Part shown: in pieces, positions 12,213-23,400 of the stretch
How positions within the stretch are numbered: position 1 is the stretch's first letter
Layout: each line of letters starts with the position of its first letter
From: Nemertoderma westbladi
Taxonomy: Eukaryota > Animalia > Xenacoelomorpha
Assembly (NCBI GenBank): GCA_032718475.1
Contig: JAUCBJ010005846.1
Location: 1-39,420 of the forward strand
Direction: 5' to 3'
Length of the DNA: 39,420 bases
Made by a program: the position numbers and the translations under genes
The notes under the pieces: model-generated
What the model was told of the DNA's origin: nothing
Seen by the model: only the letters and a program-made list of their open reading frames with translations
Database searches by the model: none

Positions 12213-12464
12213 GAGAGCTGGCTGGGGGGGGGGGGGGGGGGGGGGGTACTCGACCCATATCCCATGTTGGCGAATTAATATCCCGTCTCATTGTTAAATT
12301 CTCAAATTAGGGAAAGGGGCAGGTTACAGTGGCACGTTATTTTAACCAAAACAATAAACTAAACACAATAGAACAGGTTACAGTTTTATTTTTGAGAGTA
12401 ATCTGTTGTTATTTGCGTCCAATTTCCCCTGGCAGCCTGGAGAGGAATGCATTTTTATTGCGCC
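12213..12464 (-). mobile_element. MITE family A copy, truncated at one end
   Basis: Body GGCGAATTAATATCCCG...CAGGTTACAGTGGCACGTTATTTTAACCAAAACAATAAACTAAACACAATAGAACAGG matches family A; terminal G-run expanded. Confidence 0.8.
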
Positions 12465-12503
12465 CACAAAGATGATAACACTCTCCATAGCAAAAATTAT
12501 CCA

Positions 12504-12605
12504 CTGACCCTATTGGGGCTCGAACCCGGTACCTAGATTTCATTCAAAGTTCCGCTTATCATCACCAGGGTGTGCGGTCCTTTACCAACTGAGCTTCCAG
12601 ATCAG
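12504..12605 (-). mobile_element. tRNA-derived SINE head (Pol III A/B boxes)
   Basis: Reverse complement has AGCTCAGTTGGTA (A box) and GGTTCGAGCCC (B box) with acceptor-like CTGATCT/AGGGTCAG pairing; the middle is too long and irregular for a functional tRNA. Confidence 0.65.
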
Positions 12606-12715
12606 ATATAGAATTTGTTCGCTAAGGAGTGGGTCATCAAATCAAGTCCCTTTCTAAAAAGTAAAAAAAAGTAAACCCAAAGTAACGCATCTCATCACCC
12701 AAAGTATAGTTCCTA

Positions 12716-13550
12716 CAACGCTATTCTAGACATGTGGCATGGAGGGGGGGGGGGGGGGGGGGTGTGACTTAACCTGTGATAAAATATATCAGGAGGGGTG
12801 GGCTTGACGTAACCTGTGATAGTATATTCAACACTTTGTTATAAGTATAACACTACAAATCGTATATAAACTAAGGCGTTAGTGGACTGTATGTATATTG
12901 ATTTGTATGAGACAGCGCTGATTCTGCAAAAGCTAGAAATGTATTATATTCGCACGCGTCGGCCCGTAATTAATAAGCAGAAATGTGATTGGCGCAAGTT
13001 TGTGGTGCTGCTTCCCAGTTAATTACTGAACACTCCCTCCTCTTTCTTCGTGACCCACTAGTGCCAGTGATCGTCATAATAGTGCACCCCAATCTATGAA
13101 TATTCTTAGCCTGTTGTTTTTATAATATATTTATTAATATCTTTGTTTTCAGAAACAACTGAAACCCAACAGGAGTACTCCCCGATCGGGAGCAGGGAGA
13201 AGGCGGTGGTAGAGATGGAGCCATAAGGACAGTAAACAGTACCGGTGAGTTTTATCAATATTTTCTACGGTTTTGTCATTGTTTAACGCAATCACAAACA
13301 AAAATTTAATTAAACTAGTTTAATGTAGATTAAATTGAAATTATTTAAACATTATGTCACCAAAGACCGGTACTTTAGTTGAGTTTATATTTGAAACTTA
13401 CACCGGCCACAAAACATAGTTAATTAATATATTTGGTGAAAATTCCAGTGCAAAAACAGCATTGTAGACGGTTCGTATAGGAAACTAGAACATAGTTCCA
13501 ATGCCAAGTAATTGATTTCAGAGCGAGTAAGCCAGAACTTTATTTTATTT
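12716..13550. repeat. First copy of a local segmental duplication; second copy is spread over ~13895-16046, with a further partial copy at ~19585-20075
   Basis: Collinear matching blocks: 12716-12930 vs 13895-14090, 12937-13045 vs 14473-14580, 13055-13385 vs 14875-15203, 13386-13510 vs 15922-16040 and ~19962-20046. Confidence 0.85.
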
Positions 13551-13622
13551 AGACCAACACATTTTAAACCAGCACGTTTTTTATTTATTTTTACTGTAAT
13601 ATATAATACTAACTGCTGGATC

Positions 13623-13826
13623 GAGATGGGGGGGGGGGGGGGGGGGGATGGACACACAACACTCCTTGGCGTTTCAGCAATATTAATTATCAATTTAGAG
13701 AAAGGAGCTCGTTATAGAGGCAGGTTATTCTAACCAAAACAATAAACGAGAGTCTATGACACAGGTTATTGTTTGATTTTTGCTCGTAATCAACTGTTAT
13801 TTGCGTCCAATTTCCCCTGGAGATAG
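13623..13826 (-). mobile_element. Diverged MITE family A copy
   Basis: GAGATGGGG start, then CAATTTAGAGAAAGGAGC, TAACCAAAACAATAAAC and CTGTTATTTGCGTCCAATTTCCCCTGGAGA as in family A. Confidence 0.7.
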
Positions 13827-15206
13827 GCTGAATTTAGTATATTTATTTATGTTGGATGTTATTTATGGTTGTTTAGAAATAACTGAAAATCTACAACGTT
13901 ATTCTAGACCTGTTACATGACGGGGGGGGGGGGGGGGGGGGGGTTGGTGGTCGTGACGAAACCTGTGATAAAATATACCACACTTGGTTATAAGTATAAA
14001 ACTACAAATCAAACTACTAATCGGACCTAATGGAATGCGTTAGTCGGCCGCATATTGATTTGTATGAGCCAGCGCTGATTCTGTAAATGTACAAAATATT
14101 ATTTCATTATGTATTTTGTTATATTTTGAGATATATGTTGCGTTTGTTTTTGAATCTCGCTCTTCTTTAAGTTATTTTTAGTATGACGTAAGTAATTCTC
14201 CGATTACAGTTATTATGATATGAAGGTGGGTACCGGTGTTTATATTATTATTCTTTTTAACTTGCTTATGACTACGTTGATTTCTGCTGTGTATGTCTGC
14301 TATACCCTTAGTTGAATAAAGGAATCAGGAAGTATCTTTACTACTTAACCCCTTATTATAAATCGCTCTCACAAATGCTATCAAACACACACGCGGTAAC
14401 ATCAAACCATCGCGTTTATTTTAAGTCCGGAAATCCCAACTACCCTATATTCTTTCGGGACAGTAAAAGTTCGAAATGTATTATATTCGAACGCGTCGGC
14501 CCGTAATTAGCAAGCAGAAACGTGATTGGCGGAAGTTTGTGGTGCTGCTTCCCAGTTAATTACTGTACAATCCCCTTTCTTTGTCACATTGCCCTTCCCT
14601 TCTCCCTTTGAACTTCTTCTCTCTTATTGACATTTCCCGGCTTGGCCCCTTGAGAATGCCTTCCATTTTGAGGCGAAACCTACCGGTCAGCTGACTGCCG
14701 TCCACTGATCACTGTTTGCATGCAACGCTAGGTCTCGGTTACTTTTCACTTTGTGGTACTGCTGTACATACCTACCGGTAAGGTTTTCTACTTAACTTGC
14801 TTCACTAATAAAATTAAAACGATTAATATTTCATGATAACTCAAGTTGTTATGTTTTAAAGACAAACAATGTGTCCACTAGTGCCAGTGATCGTCCTAAT
14901 AGTGCACCCCAATCTATGAATATTGGCCTGTTGTTTTTATAGTATATTTATTAATATCTTTGTTTTCAGAAACAACTGAAACCCAATCAGTAGTACTCCC
15001 CGATCGGGAGCAGGGAGAAGGCGGTGGTAGAGATGGAGCCATAAGGACAGTAAACAGTACCGGTGAGTTTTATAAATATTTTCTACGGTATTGTCATTGT
15101 GGAACGCAATCACAAACAAAAATTTAATTAAACTAGTTTAATGTAGTTTAAATTGAAATTATTAAAACTTTATGTCACCAAAAACCGGTACTTTAGTTGA
15201 GTTATT

Positions 15207-15681
15207 GGACGGATCCAAGTTGGATGTCCTTATTTCTCATACGTTTGTTTGTTTGTTTGTGTGTTTGTTTGTTTTTTGTTTGTTTGTTTGTTTGAACACA
15301 CAACTGTTGATGGAATTTGATGAAACTTTGATGATGGGTTCATTATCGGACCTGCAGTAGTTGTGTATACAAGGTTGGTTGTGAGGAACCTGTTGGTTGC
15401 CTAGCAACAAAGAAATTAATTCTAGAATGACCGATCATAATAATTGTAGAATTCACTCAATAGAAATTATGTCTACACAGTTTAGAAAGAAAGAGAAACA
15501 GGAAAGTTTAGAAATATTAATTATTTTATTATTTATTTATTAATTTATATTATTAATTATTTTATTATTTATTTATTAATTTATATTATTAATTATTTTA
15601 TTATTTATTTATTAATTATGGTGGCGAATTCATTTTTTCCGCTCCATTTGCTATAGAGTTGGATCATCCTTAGTCCTGTTT
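15207..15681 (+). mobile_element. Possible HINE/DINE-1/pearl-like non-autonomous Helentron-associated element (partial second copy at ~19553-19720)
   Basis: 5' palindrome GGACGGATCCAAGTTGGATGTCC, then a (GTTT)n microsatellite and ATGAAACTT core; a 3' subterminal inverted match TTGGATCATCC at ~15659; absent at the equivalent site (13385) in the first duplicate. Confidence 0.5.
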
Positions 15682-16055
15682 AATTACTTATAATTTATTA
15701 ATTATATTATTAATTATTATTTGTGGAAGAAGATACATTTCCTACAAATCGTGTTTTTTTAACATACAATAATAATTGTATACTTGTACAGCCGGTACTT
15801 TGTCCAATGTTTCGTGTTTTATTATTAGGCTGCCCTTCATAGGCGCGTAATTTATTACAACAATATTGGTGGCAATGGATCCGTCCATTATTGCCAGTTC
15901 TCGTCTGGCCTGGTAAGCTTGTATATTTGAAACTTACACGTGTCACAATATATTGTTAATTAATATATTTTGGAGAAAATTCCAGTGCAAAATCAACATT
16001 GTAACTGTTCGGGTAGGAAAGTGGAACATCAATGCCAAGTGGGTGTAAACGTTAA

Positions 16056-18706
16056 GCAGACAGTGGTGCAGACATAGGTGCAGACAGTGGTGCAGACAGT
16101 GGTGCAGACACTGGTGCAAACAGTGGTGTAGACAGTAGTGCAGACAGTGGTGCCGACACTGGTGCTGTCAGTGGTGCAGACAGTGGTGGAGACCAGTGGT
16201 GCAGACACTGGTGCAGACAGTGGTGCACACACTGGTTCCCACATTGGTGCAGACAGTGGTGCAGACAGTGGTGCAGACAGTGGTGCAGACATAGGTGCAG
16301 ACAGTGGTGCAGACACTTCAGCAGACAGTGGTGCGGACTGTGGTGCAGACAGTGGTGCACGCACTGGTGTCGACACTGGTGCTGACAGTGGTGCTGTCAG
16401 TGGTGCTGACACTGGTGCAGACAGTGGTGCAGACCAGTGGTGCAGACACTGGTGCTGACAGTGGTGCACACACTGGTTCCCACATTGGTGCAGACAGTGG
16501 TGCAGACACTGGTGCAAACAGTGGTGCAGACAGTGGTGCAGACACTGGGCAGACAGTGGTGCAGACACTGGTTCAGACAGTGGTGCAGACACTGGTTCAG
16601 ACAGTGGTGCAGACAGTGGTGCAGACACTGGTTCAGACAATGGTACTGTCAGTGGTGAAGACAGTGGTGCAGACAGTGGTGCAGACAGTAGTGCCGACAC
16701 TGGTGCCGACAGTGGTGCAGACACTGGTGCAGACGCTGAGGCAGACAGTGGTGCAGACAGTGGTGCAGATAGTGGTGCAGACAGTGGTGCAGACACTGGT
16801 GCAGGCAGTGGTGCAGACACTGGTGTAGACAGTGGTGCAGACAGTGGTGCAGACAGTGGTGCAGACATTGGTGCAGACACTGGTACAGACAGTGTTGCAG
16901 ACACTGGTTCAGACAGTGGTGCAGACACTGGTTCAGACAGTGGTGCAGACAGTGGTGCAGACAGTGGTGCAGACAGTTGTGCAGACAGTGGTGCCGACAC
17001 TGGTGCCGACACTGGTGCCGACAGTGGTGCAGACACTGGTGCAGACAGTGGTGCTGACACTGGTGCAGACAGTGGTGCAGACCAGTGGTGCAGACACTGG
17101 TGCTGACAGTGGTGCACACACTGGTTCCCACATTGGTGCAGACAGTGGTCCAGACACTGGTGCATACAGTAGTGCAGACACTGGTGCATACAGTGGTGCT
17201 GACACTGGTTCAGACAGTGGTGCTGACACTGGTTCAGACAGTGGTGCAGACATTGGTGCATACACTGGTTCCGACAGTGGTGCACACACTGGTGCCGACA
17301 GTGGTGCAGACACTGGTGCAGACAGTGGTGCAGACAGTGGTGCAGATAGTGGTGCAGACAGTGGTGCAGACCCTGGTGCAGACACTGGTGCAGACAGTGG
17401 TGTAGACAGTGGTGCAGACAGTGCTGCAGACAGTGGTGCAGACATTGGTGCAGACACTGGTACAGACACTGGTGCAGACAGTGGTGCACAGGCAGTGGTG
17501 CAGACACTGGTTCAGACAGTGGTGCAGACACTGGTTCAGACAGTGGTGCAGACAGTGGTGCAGACAGTGGTGCAGACACTGGTGCAGACAAAGGTGCTGA
17601 CAGTGGCGAAGACAGTGGTGCAGACAGTGGTGCAGACAGTGGTGCCGACACTGGTGCCGACAGTGGTGCAGGCAGTGGTGCAGGCAGTGGTGCAGATAGT
17701 GGTGCAGACACTGGTGCAGGCAGTGGTGCAGACACTGGTGTAGACAGTGGTGCAGACAGTGGTGCAGACAGTGTTCCAGACACTGGTGCAGACAGTGGTG
17801 CACAGACAGTGGTGCAGACACTGGTTCAGACAGTGGTGCAGACAGTGGTGCACACACTGGTGCCGACAGTGGTGCCGACAGTAGTGCAGACAGTGGTGCA
17901 GACAGTGGTGCAGGCAGTGGTGCAGACACTGGTGCCGATAGTGGTGCCGACAGTAGTGCAGACAGTGGTGCAGACAGTGGTGCAGACAGTGGTGCAGACA
18001 ATGGTGCCGACACTGGTGCAGACAGTGGTGCAAGCACTGGTGCAGACAGTGGTGTAGACACTGGTGCCGACACTGGTGCAAACACTGGTGCAGACAGTGG
18101 TACAAACACTGGTACAGAAAGTGGTGCACACACTGTTGCAGACACTGATGCAGACACTGGTGCAGACAATGGTGCTGACAGTGGTGAAGACAGTGGTGCA
18201 GACAGTGGTGCAGACAGTGGTGCCGACAGTGGTGCAGACACTGGTGCCGACACTGGTGCATACAGTGGTGCAGACAGTGGTGCAGATAGTGGTGCAGACA
18301 CTGGTGCAGGCAGTGGTGCAGACACTGGTGTAGACAGTGGTGCAGACAGTGGTGCAGACATTGGTGCAGACACTGGTACAGACAGTGTTGCAGACACTGG
18401 TGCAGACAGTGGTGCAGACAGTGGTGCACGGACAGTGGTGAAGACACTGGTTCAGACAGTGGTGCAGACAGTGGTGCACACACTGGTGCCGACAGTGGTG
18501 ACGACAGTGGTGCAGACAGTGGTGCAGACAGTGGTGCAGGCAGTGGTGCGGACACTGGTGCAGACAGTGGTGCAGACACTGGTGCCGACACTGGTGCAGA
18601 CAGTGGTGCAAGCACTGGTGCAGACAGTGGTGTAGACACTGGTGCCGACACTGGTGCAAACACTGGTGCAGACAGTGGTTCAAACACTGGTGCAGACACT
18701 GGTTCA
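16056..18706. repeat. 12-bp minisatellite (GTGGTGCAGACA), ~2.65 kb, with higher-order blocks
   Basis: Continuous CAGACA(G/C)TGGTG repetition; the variant CACACTGGTTCCCACATTGG recurs at ~16230, 16470 and 17120. Confidence 0.98.
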
Positions 18707-18872
18707 TACTTAGAAAGTCCCTCTTCAGCAAGGTGCCGCTTCACATCTTCTTTAAGATGTAAGTAGCACGAGTGGATCAAGGAGGCTATAGAAGATGACC
18801 AGGAATTAATTAGGACCTTTTCACGGTCAGTTCCAATAGCTCGTATGTTTCGCAGCTGTGTTCGAAATAATA
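18707..18872 (-). pseudogene. Mutator/MULE-like DDE transposase remnant
   Basis: The minus frame upstream of ORF 17536-18780 reads LRNIRAIGTDREKVLINSWSSSIASLIHSCYLHLKEDVKRHL, resembling the MULE 'GTD-x-E-x-AL...CxxH-x3-N' signature (second catalytic Asp plus CxxH). Confidence 0.55.
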
Positions 18873-19292
18873 GTTAGTGAACTGTAGTTAGTTAATGTAT
18901 ATCCCCAGCATAAGAAAATAACTTGATTAATTCGTTTTATTAATAAGCAGTGACTCCAGTAAAAGTAAACAAATGAAACATTATCTGTATAAAGCAGCTC
19001 ATGTACTGTATAAACAATCAAACACTGTCGCTTAAGCCTCATTCCTTGGAGACATTGCTGCTCACAGTTTGTAGACATTATTGTTTATATGAAAACGGGA
19101 ATAACGATTAATTACTTTACTTTCGTACACACCACTTAGAATTATTTGTAATCAGGGCACATTCACCCCCACGCAACCCGACTTGCACTACATACTACCT
19201 CCCTACATCATGTAGAACCTTTCAGTATTATATTATACGCGCGTATTTGTAGATGATAAAGTCTATGATAAAATAAAATATAATAAATATTA

Positions 19293-19490
19293 CCAGTGTC
19301 TGGATCAGTGTCTGCACCAGTGTCTACACCAGTGTCTGACCACTGTCTGCACCAAGTGTATGCTCCAGTGTCTGCTCACTGTCTGCACCACTCTCTGCAC
19401 CACTGTCTACACCAGTGTTTGCACCACTGTCTGCACCAGATGTCTGCACCACTGTCTGCACCAGGTGTCTGTACCAGTGTCTGCACTACT
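19293..19490. repeat. Short block of the same 12-bp minisatellite in inverted orientation (CCAGTGTCTGCA)
   Basis: Reverse complement of the 16056-18706 unit. Confidence 0.93.
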
Positions 19491-19551
19491 GTTGAGGCGG
19501 GATATTAATTCGCCAAGATGGGATATGCGTCCAGTTTTCCCCCCCTGTCTC
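19491..19551 (+). mobile_element. Right-end fragment of MITE family A
   Basis: TTGAGGCGGGATATTAATTCGCC...TGCGTCCAGTTTTCCCCCCCTGTCTC. Confidence 0.8.
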
Positions 19552-20483
19552 TATTTCTCACACGTGTAGGTGTATGTGTTATGTGTTTGTTTGTTTGAAC
19601 ACACAATTTCTTGCACTTTATGTTCATGGAATTGGATGAAACTTTGCTGATAGGTTCATTATCGGACTTAGTTGTGTATGCAAGGTGTTGGTTGCAAGGG
19701 ACCTGTTGGTTGCCTACAAATATTTCCTATATTTCCTATATATTTCCTACAAACGGTGTTTTTTAAAATACAATATAATTGTATACATGTACAGCCGGTA
19801 TTCGGCCCAAATTTTCGTTTTTCATTATTAGGCTGCCCTGCATAGGAGCGTAATTTTTTTACAACAATATTATTGATGGCAATGGATCCGTCCATTATTG
19901 CCAGTTCTCGGCTGGCCTGGTCAGTAAATATATTTAGTAAGTAAATAAATTTGTAAAAGTAAATATATTTGGAGAAAATTACAGTGCAAAAACAGCATTG
20001 TAACGGTTCGTGTAGGAAACTGGAACATAGTTCCAATGCCAAGTAATTTATTTCACAGCGAGTAAGTCAGCCTTTATTTGACTACTGTGGGATCTATTCC
20101 TATAATCTTGTAATATAGTTTAATTTATTGAATATTGATTATAAATGCTTGATAACTATACAAATATCGAAAGAAGATATATTATAATTAATTTTAGATT
20201 GCCGTATTGAAGATAGGTATTAATGTTACAATATTTAGAAGAAAGGGTTTACTTTGAAATTGAAAAATTTGAGTGTGACTACGACTGGGATGGGAGGGGG
20301 GGGGGGGGGGGGGGGGACTCTTAGCGCAAATATCTGTACCTTTGTTTGTAGAGTTGCATTTTGTGCCCTTCTTTGACATTCGATTCTTGATATCTGTGTC
20401 CGTGTGTTCAGGTGAATATTACATAATAATTAATTGAACATTTATTTTTTCCAGACTCACATATTCAGATTCAAAGCAACGAA

Positions 20484-23400
20484 ATGGCGTTGGCGATTCC
20501 GTCTGGGAGAAGGAGGTTGGAGGACATGGCCGCAAGGAATGACATGTGTCCGGTGGACTGTGGTGGTGGAGGAGCAGGCCATTGTCAGTACTTGGCCGTT
20601 TCAATGGCCGTTCAACAACAAACTGGCTATCTGTACACGGTCAAAGAACTGAGAAAGTGTGTTGCCGAGATGCTACTACGTGAACAACACATATTTGAAC
20701 CGTTTGTACCAGTAAACTTTGATAACTATGTTAGTCGAGTACGGGATGGAAGGGAATGGGGGGATAACGTTTCATTACGAGTTTTAGCAAATCTTTTAGG
20801 GGTTAAATTCCAAATCTACGATACTGGAGTTAACAATGTGGCGGTGGTTGGGGAGGGGGTTACAAATATTTCCTTGGGGTATATCCACGATGAGGTACAT
20901 TATGTAGCCATTGTACAAAATAATCAAGTAATATCACAAGTAGCGGGGCACACATTGACACCTGGGACTGCAACACTGTCTTCCCGAGATGTGAACATTC
21001 TCATGGGTGGGGGGCCCAGTTCACAATGGGGGGTAGGGGAGGGGTCTCAAATACAACCAGGAACAAGCTCTATGGTTCATAATGTTAGAGAGGCGGAGGT
21101 TCCTATGGAAACTGAAAGCCATGGGTTACATAGCATGGGAGGTACAACAGAGTTTTATGGTGAGGACGATTTGGGTAGCGATTTTGAAATGGGTTCCGTT
21201 TCAGATGGTGAAGCTACCGGCATGGAAGTTGAGAGTGATAACAACTTAAACGATGAACGGTGTTCTAATTGTTTTAGAAAACATACGGAGGCCATGGTTG
21301 TAAATTTGGTGAGGTTTCAAGGAATTATTTTTCCGAAGGATTATGGAGATTTGAAAAGGGCGCCCGATAGGGGGGGTGAGTATATATTATGTACAGAGTG
21401 CAAGGAATACCTCACCCATAAGACACACCCTAGTTGGAGAGACGGTTGGCCATCGTATTATTGGACTATGGTAAGAACCACCAAAGACGGTAAACTATGG
21501 AGGATTGTTCCTCAGAGTTTGAGGAGTTCTTGGGATGGGGTGCAACAGATGTTTGCCGTTGGAATACAAAGGCATATAAATGTTGAACCTTTGTTTAATG
21601 ATATCACCGTAAACCGCCATTGGCATATGACCCTTATTAGCAGTCATCTTGATGTTAACATCATGAAGGCTGCTAATACCAACCCATATCCCGATGTGAA
21701 ATGTCCTTTGGGGTGCCACGAATTCCTCGATCGTATCAAGCCGTTGCCCCTTCACCATTTCCTCCACTTGTGGATTCCAAACTTTCATTCCTTCGAACCA
21801 AAGAAGGAATTAGTCCGTGGAATAGTAGGAGAATGGCCGTGCAATGGGTACGACTTGGGATATGTAATTCGTCCCTCATTGGTAATCATTCCCAACCGTG
21901 GCATTTGCGTTGCTATGTGCGAGGATCACGCAACTGCAGAGAAGTCCTACATCCACCCTCCTCGACATCCCGGCCACGGCGACGCCCTACAGTACCTCGA
22001 CCGACTCGCTCCAGCAACTGTGGCTCCAAATATTGTTCGTGATGGTCAGGTGGGGAAGTTCACCGCAAGTTTCCCTGTAGTCAAGGAAGTCGGAGGATAC
22101 CACGGCATATCGTCCACTACACTAACACCGGGACTTATTCTAACTATAGCAGACGACCGATTGGCTGAGGCTGAACGACTGACCCTGGACCACAGACCCG
22201 ACATCCTGTATACAACTTTGAACCGACAAGAAATGGGGGAGGAATTTGTGAGAGGGACTCTCCGTGCAGGTAAGTATGAGGAGTCTGGACTAATTGGATG
22301 TATTGGGAGTGGTTCATACGTTCCAATGGATGAAGCTTTATTTCAATGGGAGAATTACACATCAAAAGATAAAGGGAGTAAAACAAGTAAAACTAATTAC
22401 AGCCTCCCACTAGTACACCCTGGAAACGACCCTTACGGATGTGAACCACTCCACATTACCAACACATCGAGAACCTTAAATTCCAAACCAATTCTAGAAA
22501 ACGTACTACAAGTTATAGCCCATTCCCCTCCAACGCATAGACTGCTACAATCTACAGTAGAAAGTAATCAGTTATCCTACCAACTAATTACTGCGTTACA
22601 TACAGTGCTGAATTATGAACGTGGTAATGTAAACTGTGCAACAGAGAGACTACTAGAACGCAATGTATCTCAGTCAAGTAACACCACAGATTCTATTTTT
22701 CGCAAATCAGCTATTAATCTGTCACTAATAGAAGGAATATCCACTAGAAGCACTGCCGGAGGTTCAAATGGGACTAATATTGAATTATACATCCGGGATA
22801 ATAATACACGAAGTTTTATGGGACAAATACAGTTAGAAGAGCGCCTAATCATAGATACAGACAACATTATAGTGGATGGCAACGAGTATTATTTGCAGAG
22901 TGCCAGTAACGCAAAGGGAACACTATTTAGATGGGGGGAATTATTTCATTTTCGGGACACTCTAGGGACCAAATATGACAAGTCAATGGTGAACACATCT
23001 AGTATCTTAAGACATTTCAACATACTTGTCTTTGTAAAGAAAGCTCTACCTATGACCTACAAGGATAGACAGTTATCCCTTATAGCAGGGCAGAACAAAA
23101 TGAAATGCGAAATCCACAATCAATATTTAGTTAAACAACATGTCACCAACACATCGAATTGCTGTGAAATTGGTTGTACAACAAACGCTCGCTGGCGATG
23201 CCCGTGGGGTTTACCATTTCAATTTTGTGAAACGGGAGTTTGTTTCAAACACGGTAGACTGCTGGTCAAGAAACCTACAATCACTATGGTTGAAAGTTGC
23301 GTTGGTCGAGTGGCTGATGGTGTTAATCATAACATCAACACGTCATCAGGAGGCGTTGCCATGGACAACCAAGGAGATGTTGACCAACTTAGTCTTATTG

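Noticed and set aside
12504-12605. Functional tRNA gene
   Set aside because: A and B boxes are present but there is no proper anticodon arm; better explained as a SINE head.
16029-18780. Long APLS/QTVV/HHCL/CTTV repeat ORFs as mucin, antifreeze or metallothionein-like proteins
   Set aside because: The 12-bp unit lacks stops in most frames on both strands, and single-base indels switch frames repeatedly, as expected for a non-coding satellite.
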